NCBI GenBank assembly: GCA_036835125.1
Contig: DAITMO010000001.1
Span: 501,160 to 565,159 of the forward strand
Length of the DNA stretch: 64,000 nt
Reading direction: 5' to 3'
From: Patescibacteria group bacterium
GTDB lineage: Bacteria > Patescibacteriota > Microgenomatia > UBA8517
Part shown: positions 59,971 through 64,000 of the stretch, piece by piece
Numbering within the stretch: the stretch's first letter is position 1
Layout: every line of letters begins with the position of its first letter
Translations under genes and position numbers: made by a program
Notes under the pieces: generated by a model
The model's database searches: none
What the model saw: only the letters and a program-made list of their open reading frames with translations
Told to the model about the DNA's origin: nothing

Positions 59971-60888
59971 ATGCGTATGGAACGAACAAATGCTATCACA
60001 TTTGAACCTATTAAGGAAGCGTTGACTGTCAGAGGTTATTTCAATCCAAACCTTAAATCTATTGTTAATGGAAGGAACAGCTTAACTATGGAAGATGTAA
60101 ACAATCATTTATTTATAAAGATATATCCTGACAATACCTTGATGTTTAATTCCATTATTGCTCAACATCTAATAGAAGATATTTCTTTTATGCCTAAATT
60201 ATTATCTTATTCCACCAATAAAGATAAAATTGCTTTTGCTGCCTGGGAACTAATAGAACCATTGAACCGTACCGATTCAAAGACAAATACTTCGATAGAA
60301 TTTGATAAAATAGCCAATATCATTTATCAAATTCATAAACGGAAAAGTCCTCGTTTCGAATATGGGCCTCATTTTCCGGTAAACGATAGGAGAGATAACT
60401 GGAAAAGTTATCTAAAACACTGGATAAATCGTTATATTTCAGATTCGCCAAGAGAAATAAAAGGATTCAAAAAAGAACCAGTTTTAGACCGTCTTGTCAA
60501 TTATATTGATCTTTTACCAGTAACGAACGTCTCACCACGCTTGTTACATGGTGATATAAACATTACTAATTTTCCGTCTAAAGGAGATGTTATATATACC
60601 ACAGATCTCGATTACTCGATTATTGGTGATCCTGCTTGGGAGTTCGCCTCGGCCGTAGCTGATTGGAAATTCAGCAGCCCAATCTATCATGACATACTCA
60701 AACAATATATGAATTTGTTTGAAGACGATGAAAATACCAAAAAGATGTTTATGAGAAGGATTGAACTTTACGGACCAATAAAAAAAATCGGATTACTTTA
60801 TAAAATTGGAGATGTCTCAGAGATTTCAATAAACGAAGAAATGAATAAAAGCATTGAAGAAATAAAATCTTATAGTGTTGTTGCTTAA
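59971..60888 (+). CDS. APH/choline-kinase-like phosphotransferase family protein
   Basis: Catalytic loop LLHGDINITNF and the DLDYSIIGDPAWEFA motif typical of the aminoglycoside-phosphotransferase fold. Confidence 0.55.
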   Translation: MRMERTNAITFEPIKEALTVRGYFNPNLKSIVNGRNSLTMEDVNNHLFIKIYPDNTLMFNSIIAQHLIEDISFMPKLLSYSTNKDKIAFAAWELIEPLNRTDSKTNTSIEFDKIANIIYQIHKRKSPRFEYGPHFPVNDRRDNWKSYLKHWINRYISDSPREIKGFKKEPVLDRLVNYIDLLPVTNVSPRLLHGDINITNFPSKGDVIYTTDLDYSIIGDPAWEFASAVADWKFSSPIYHDILKQYMNLFEDDENTKKMFMRRIELYGPIKKIGLLYKIGDVSEISINEEMNKSIEEIKSYSVVA

Positions 60889-62209
60889 GATACACGTATG
60901 GTATACTTCATCGATTTTAATTATGGTAGAAATTGAACGAAAATTACAAGAAGAGGAACAATGGTGGAACAGGGCAGTACCAGTAGCTAATGTATTTGAT
61001 CTTTTTAATGAAAAAGCTGGTCTATTAAATGAAGTTGTTGTAAGGGGAAGGATAGTTGCAACAAGAAATCATAAAAATTCAGCCTTCATGGATCTACAAG
61101 ATCAAACAGGTAAAATTCAATTGATTGTGGACAAAAATAATAATAACCAACAAGATCAAATCCTCCCTTATGGAACAATTGTTGGAGTTAGAGGTACATT
61201 GACAATAACTAAAGCTGGTGAACCGTCATTAGAAATTAATGAACTAAAAAATTTTTTTACACCAAATAGTGTCGCAATACCAGATAAATCCTCCAATACA
61301 ATAATTAATTTTGAAAAATTGGAAATTATCAAACAAATAGCAATCCTAAACGGCAATCTAAGAGGCATACTTGTAGAAAATGGTTTTCTTGAATTTCAAA
61401 CACAAGTATTAAAGACAAATCACGAAGCGGGGACCGCACGTGCTTTTGCAACTAGACAGAATAGCTCGGAGAAAGAAGTTTACCTACGACTTACAATGGA
61501 AACAGAATTGAGAAAGCTCCAGGCAGTTGGTTTTGAGAGAGTCTTTGAATTGGGAAAATCTTTTAGAAATGAAGGTAGGGATAAAAACCACCTACCCGAA
61601 TTCTCCTTGTTAGAAGCATACTCTGCATATACCAATTTATCTAAAATGCTCCAAATATTTGGTAATCTTATAAATAATGCTGTAGTCAAGACCTCAGAAT
61701 TAGTGCATATTTCCAACCCAAAATTATTTCATCACTGGAATGTAATGAATTATATGGATATCGAGACTCAGGTAATGAAAATTGTTGATACTGATTCAAG
61801 TAAAAGATCTGTCGAACAAAAGATAATGTCTGTTATTAAAAAAAATATTGCTCCTGCGATTCAGGCACCAACATTTTTAGTTTATCTTCCATCAAAAATG
61901 TCACCATTCGCAAAGAGATTGGAAGATAATCAAAAATATTCCCAAAGGGCTTGGGCCATAGCTAGAGGGAAAACTTTTTGTGATATATATGAGGATGAAA
62001 CTAATTCTGATATTCTTATAGAAAACTTGAAATGGCAAGATGATAATTTAGCAAGAGGTGAGCATATATCTCATGTAAACAATGAGTTAGTAAATTTGTC
62101 GGAGATTGGATTGCCCCCATCTTCTAGTTTCGGACTTAGCTTAAATAGGTTTTATGCCATCGTTAATGGTTTTGATGATGTGAGAAATACAGAACTTTTT
62201 GAAAATTAA
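60875..62209 (+). CDS. Lysyl-tRNA synthetase-like class II enzyme with an N-terminal OB fold and a degenerate motif 3
   Basis: OB anticodon-binding-like N-terminus. Motif 2 FRNEGRDKNHLPEFSLLEAYSAY, the LysRS-like segment PTFLVYLPSKMSPFAKR, and a motif 3 degraded to LPPSSSFGLSLNRF. Confidence 0.6.
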   Translation: MLLLKIHVWYTSSILIMVEIERKLQEEEQWWNRAVPVANVFDLFNEKAGLLNEVVVRGRIVATRNHKNSAFMDLQDQTGKIQLIVDKNNNNQQDQILPYGTIVGVRGTLTITKAGEPSLEINELKNFFTPNSVAIPDKSSNTIINFEKLEIIKQIAILNGNLRGILVENGFLEFQTQVLKTNHEAGTARAFATRQNSSEKEVYLRLTMETELRKLQAVGFERVFELGKSFRNEGRDKNHLPEFSLLEAYSAYTNLSKMLQIFGNLINNAVVKTSELVHISNPKLFHHWNVMNYMDIETQVMKIVDTDSSKRSVEQKIMSVIKKNIAPAIQAPTFLVYLPSKMSPFAKRLEDNQKYSQRAWAIARGKTFCDIYEDETNSDILIENLKWQDDNLARGEHISHVNNELVNLSEIGLPPSSSFGLSLNRFYAIVNGFDDVRNTELFEN

Positions 62210-63116
62210 TAATATGTCAGAGCGAATTTTATACCCACAGAATGAAGATTTAAAGATTTCAAGAACGTTTGAATCTAGTGACACAAGTATCAAATACATA
62301 TTAAACACCCAAGACGGTAGGGGAATTGAGGCTATTTATTTTCCATTTAAGGGCAATTTCGACGGAACCAATATTGATGCTAGTGTTGTATGCTTATCTT
62401 CACAAATTGGGTGCCCAGCAAGTTGCACGTTTTGTGAAACTGGAAGGATGCCAAATCCGAGAAACTTAACCAGTAACGAACTAGTCTCCCAATTAAATCT
62501 TATAAGTTCTGATCTTGAGTCAAAGAGTAGATTTCCAATTGATTCAATTGCAATGATGGGTATGGGCGAGCCACTTTTGAATCTTGATAACATTTTACGG
62601 TTTTACGATATCGCAATGGAAGACTCAAGAATCAAGCGTTTTTCAATATCAACCGTTGGCATTATTCCAGGTATCAGAAATCTAAAAGACTCCGGAAAAG
62701 AAATTAAGCTGTACATTTCTGTTCACACACCATTTAATGGTGAAAGAGAAAAGATAATTCCTGTAAGTATTAAGTATCCAATATCCGATGTCGTCGCAGA
62801 AGCAAAAAAATATGCCATTGATAGGAAACAAAAAGTGGTGGCCAATTATGTTTTAATCTCTGGAGTCAATGATTCAAGTACTCATTTGATGGCCCTATCT
62901 GAGCTTCTCGACCCCAAGCATTTTGATGTTACATTGAATCTACTTAATCCTATCTCAGAAAATAAGATGGAAGCTTCTTCTTGTGAAAACATGTTACATT
63001 TCAAACAAGGACTTGTGTCAATGGGTTTTGATACAGATATTCAGTTAAGTAAAGGTACTGATGTTTCTGGTGGGTGTGGGCAATTGGCCACAAAGATCAA
63101 TGATTCAATACTGTAA
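62199..63116 (+). CDS. Radical SAM enzyme, RlmN/Cfr-like, lacking the N-terminal domain
   Basis: Cys cluster SSQIGCPASCTFCETG, close to RlmN's SSQVGCALECKFCST. The upstream segment DGRGIEAIYFPF and the downstream SAM-binding segments match. 305 aa. Confidence 0.65.
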   Translation: MKINNMSERILYPQNEDLKISRTFESSDTSIKYILNTQDGRGIEAIYFPFKGNFDGTNIDASVVCLSSQIGCPASCTFCETGRMPNPRNLTSNELVSQLNLISSDLESKSRFPIDSIAMMGMGEPLLNLDNILRFYDIAMEDSRIKRFSISTVGIIPGIRNLKDSGKEIKLYISVHTPFNGEREKIIPVSIKYPISDVVAEAKKYAIDRKQKVVANYVLISGVNDSSTHLMALSELLDPKHFDVTLNLLNPISENKMEASSCENMLHFKQGLVSMGFDTDIQLSKGTDVSGGCGQLATKINDSIL

Positions 63117-63203
63117 ATATTACTTATATTTAGAACAAAATACATTTTCTCGTTAATAATTGACAAACGTGTTAAACTAAATGGCAATGTTAAGAAATTC
63201 TTA

Positions 63204-63251
63204 TTGGCACTATTTCGACCTCCTCAAAGCGGAGTAGCCATTTAGTGCCAA
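63204..63251 (+). other. Stem-loop in the leader upstream of the aspartate racemase gene. Possible regulatory RNA element.
   Basis: Outer inverted repeat TTGGCACTA / TAGTGCCAA enclosing an inner stem CTCC / GGAG. A TTGACA hexamer lies at 63160..63165, read directly from the sequence. Confidence 0.35.
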
Positions 63252-63267
63252 AAAAGGCAAAATTAGG

Positions 63268-63292
63268 TAAACCTCCGCAAGGAGGTTTTTTT
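63268..63292 (+). terminator. Rho-independent terminator/attenuator 18 nt upstream of the aspartate racemase start
   Basis: AAACCTCC-GCAA-GGAGGTTT followed by TTTTT. Confidence 0.55.
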
Positions 63293-63309
63293 ATGTTTCA
63301 AAATTATTT

Positions 63310-64000
63310 ATGAAAAATATATTAAATAAACAAAAAATCGGCATAATAGGTGGAATGGGGCCATTTGCAAGCTCTAAACTGTTGGAGATGTTGCTAGATA
63401 GATCTAGTTTTCTTGGTGCAAAAAATTCATGTGATTTTCCGGAAATACTGCTAGATTCTGTTCCAATAAAAGATTTTATTTCTGACACAAGAAGTGTTTC
63501 ATCATCCAAAAAAATTCTTTCAAATAAAGTGACAAATATGGCCAACCAAAAATGTCAAAAAATTGCAATTGCGTGCAACACGGCTCATATAATGTTCCCT
63601 GAATTAAATGAAATAAGCGGTGGAAGGATGATTTCCATAATCGATGCTGTCAAAGAAAAGGTAACAGCAATAGGTGTTTCAAAAGTTGGATTGATAGCAA
63701 CACCAACCACAATTACATCAAGTCTATACCAAAAGGCTTTCAAAGATACTGGAGTTGAATTGGTTATTCCTGGCATGTCCTTAATTAGACTAGCAGAAAA
63801 ATCCATACGTGATGAAATCTCGGGGAAGCCAAACAATCAGTTACGTAAATTATTGTTAAATCAAACTATTGATTTTATGGTCAAAAACAAACTCGATTTA
63901 GTGATTTTGGGGTGTACAGAATTACCTTTAGTATTCAAAGACTTCAAATCAGACAAATTTATTGATTGTCTAGAAGCTTTGTCGGAAAAACTAATTAATT
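63310..64000 (+). CDS. Aspartate/glutamate racemase family protein (aspartate racemase-like). Runs off the window end.
   Basis: My own translation gives MKNILNKQKIGIIGGMGPFASSKLLEML...IAIACNTAHIMF...LVILGCTELPL, which contains the GGMGP, ACNTAH and GCTE signature motifs. It is not in the ORF table because no stop is reached. Confidence 0.75.
   Translation, partial: MKNILNKQKIGIIGGMGPFASSKLLEMLLDRSSFLGAKNSCDFPEILLDSVPIKDFISDTRSVSSSKKILSNKVTNMANQKCQKIAIACNTAHIMFPELNEISGGRMISIIDAVKEKVTAIGVSKVGLIATPTTITSSLYQKAFKDTGVELVIPGMSLIRLAEKSIRDEISGKPNNQLRKLLLNQTIDFMVKNKLDLVILGCTELPLVFKDFKSDKFIDCLEALSEKLIN

Noticed and set aside
63293-63313. Six-codon mini-ORF MFQNYL overlapping the aspartate racemase start, as a leader peptide
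   Set aside because: It is too short, there is no SD, and it has no amino-acid bias related to aspartate. It is probably coincidental.
1-64000. CRISPR arrays, rRNA genes, transposases and integrases
   Set aside because: I found no regularly spaced direct-repeat array, no rRNA-like conserved stretches, and no DDE or tyrosine-recombinase motifs in any frame. The only repeats found are the 24-mer pair, the 13-mer pair and the terminator pair reported above.

Overview
The window is an AT-rich (~35% GC), gene-dense bacterial chromosome segment whose proteins are mostly short or domain-reduced, which fits a reduced-genome, Patescibacteria/CPR-like lineage. That lineage assignment is inference.

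I could support the following from the sequence:

- **Core metabolism and translation:** a glycolytic block (C-terminal end of a PEP-utilizing enzyme, then eno and gpmI), pyrG, typA, the conserved thrS-infC-rpmI-rplT-pheS-pheT block, tig, secG, uppP and a class A PBP.
- **DNA repair:** an unusually consolidated SOS/NER island with lexA facing uvrB, then uvrA and a truncated uvrC. A Y-family polymerase (dinB) operon lies about 23 kb further on.
- **RNA genes:** 14 tRNA genes, including a five-tRNA array on the minus strand.

I found no rRNA genes, CRISPR arrays or transposases.

The candidates worth a second look are:

- two paralogous DUF3800-like genes, each embedded in a DNA-repair locus, one of them flanked by 24-bp imperfect direct repeats;
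- a terminal cluster of two class-II aminoacyl-tRNA-synthetase-like proteins, an S66 (LdcA/MccF-type) peptidase, an APH-like kinase, a SAM methyltransferase, an RlmN-like radical SAM enzyme and an aspartate racemase sitting behind a structured leader and terminator;
- an overlapping operon of a GT2-like glycosyltransferase, a deoxynucleoside kinase, a pyruvyl transferase and a HAD hydrolase;
- a DRG-type (archaeal/eukaryotic) GTPase in a bacterial context;
- a tRNA-Leu with an apparent AAG anticodon.

All of these calls rest on reading motifs by eye and need a search tool to confirm.
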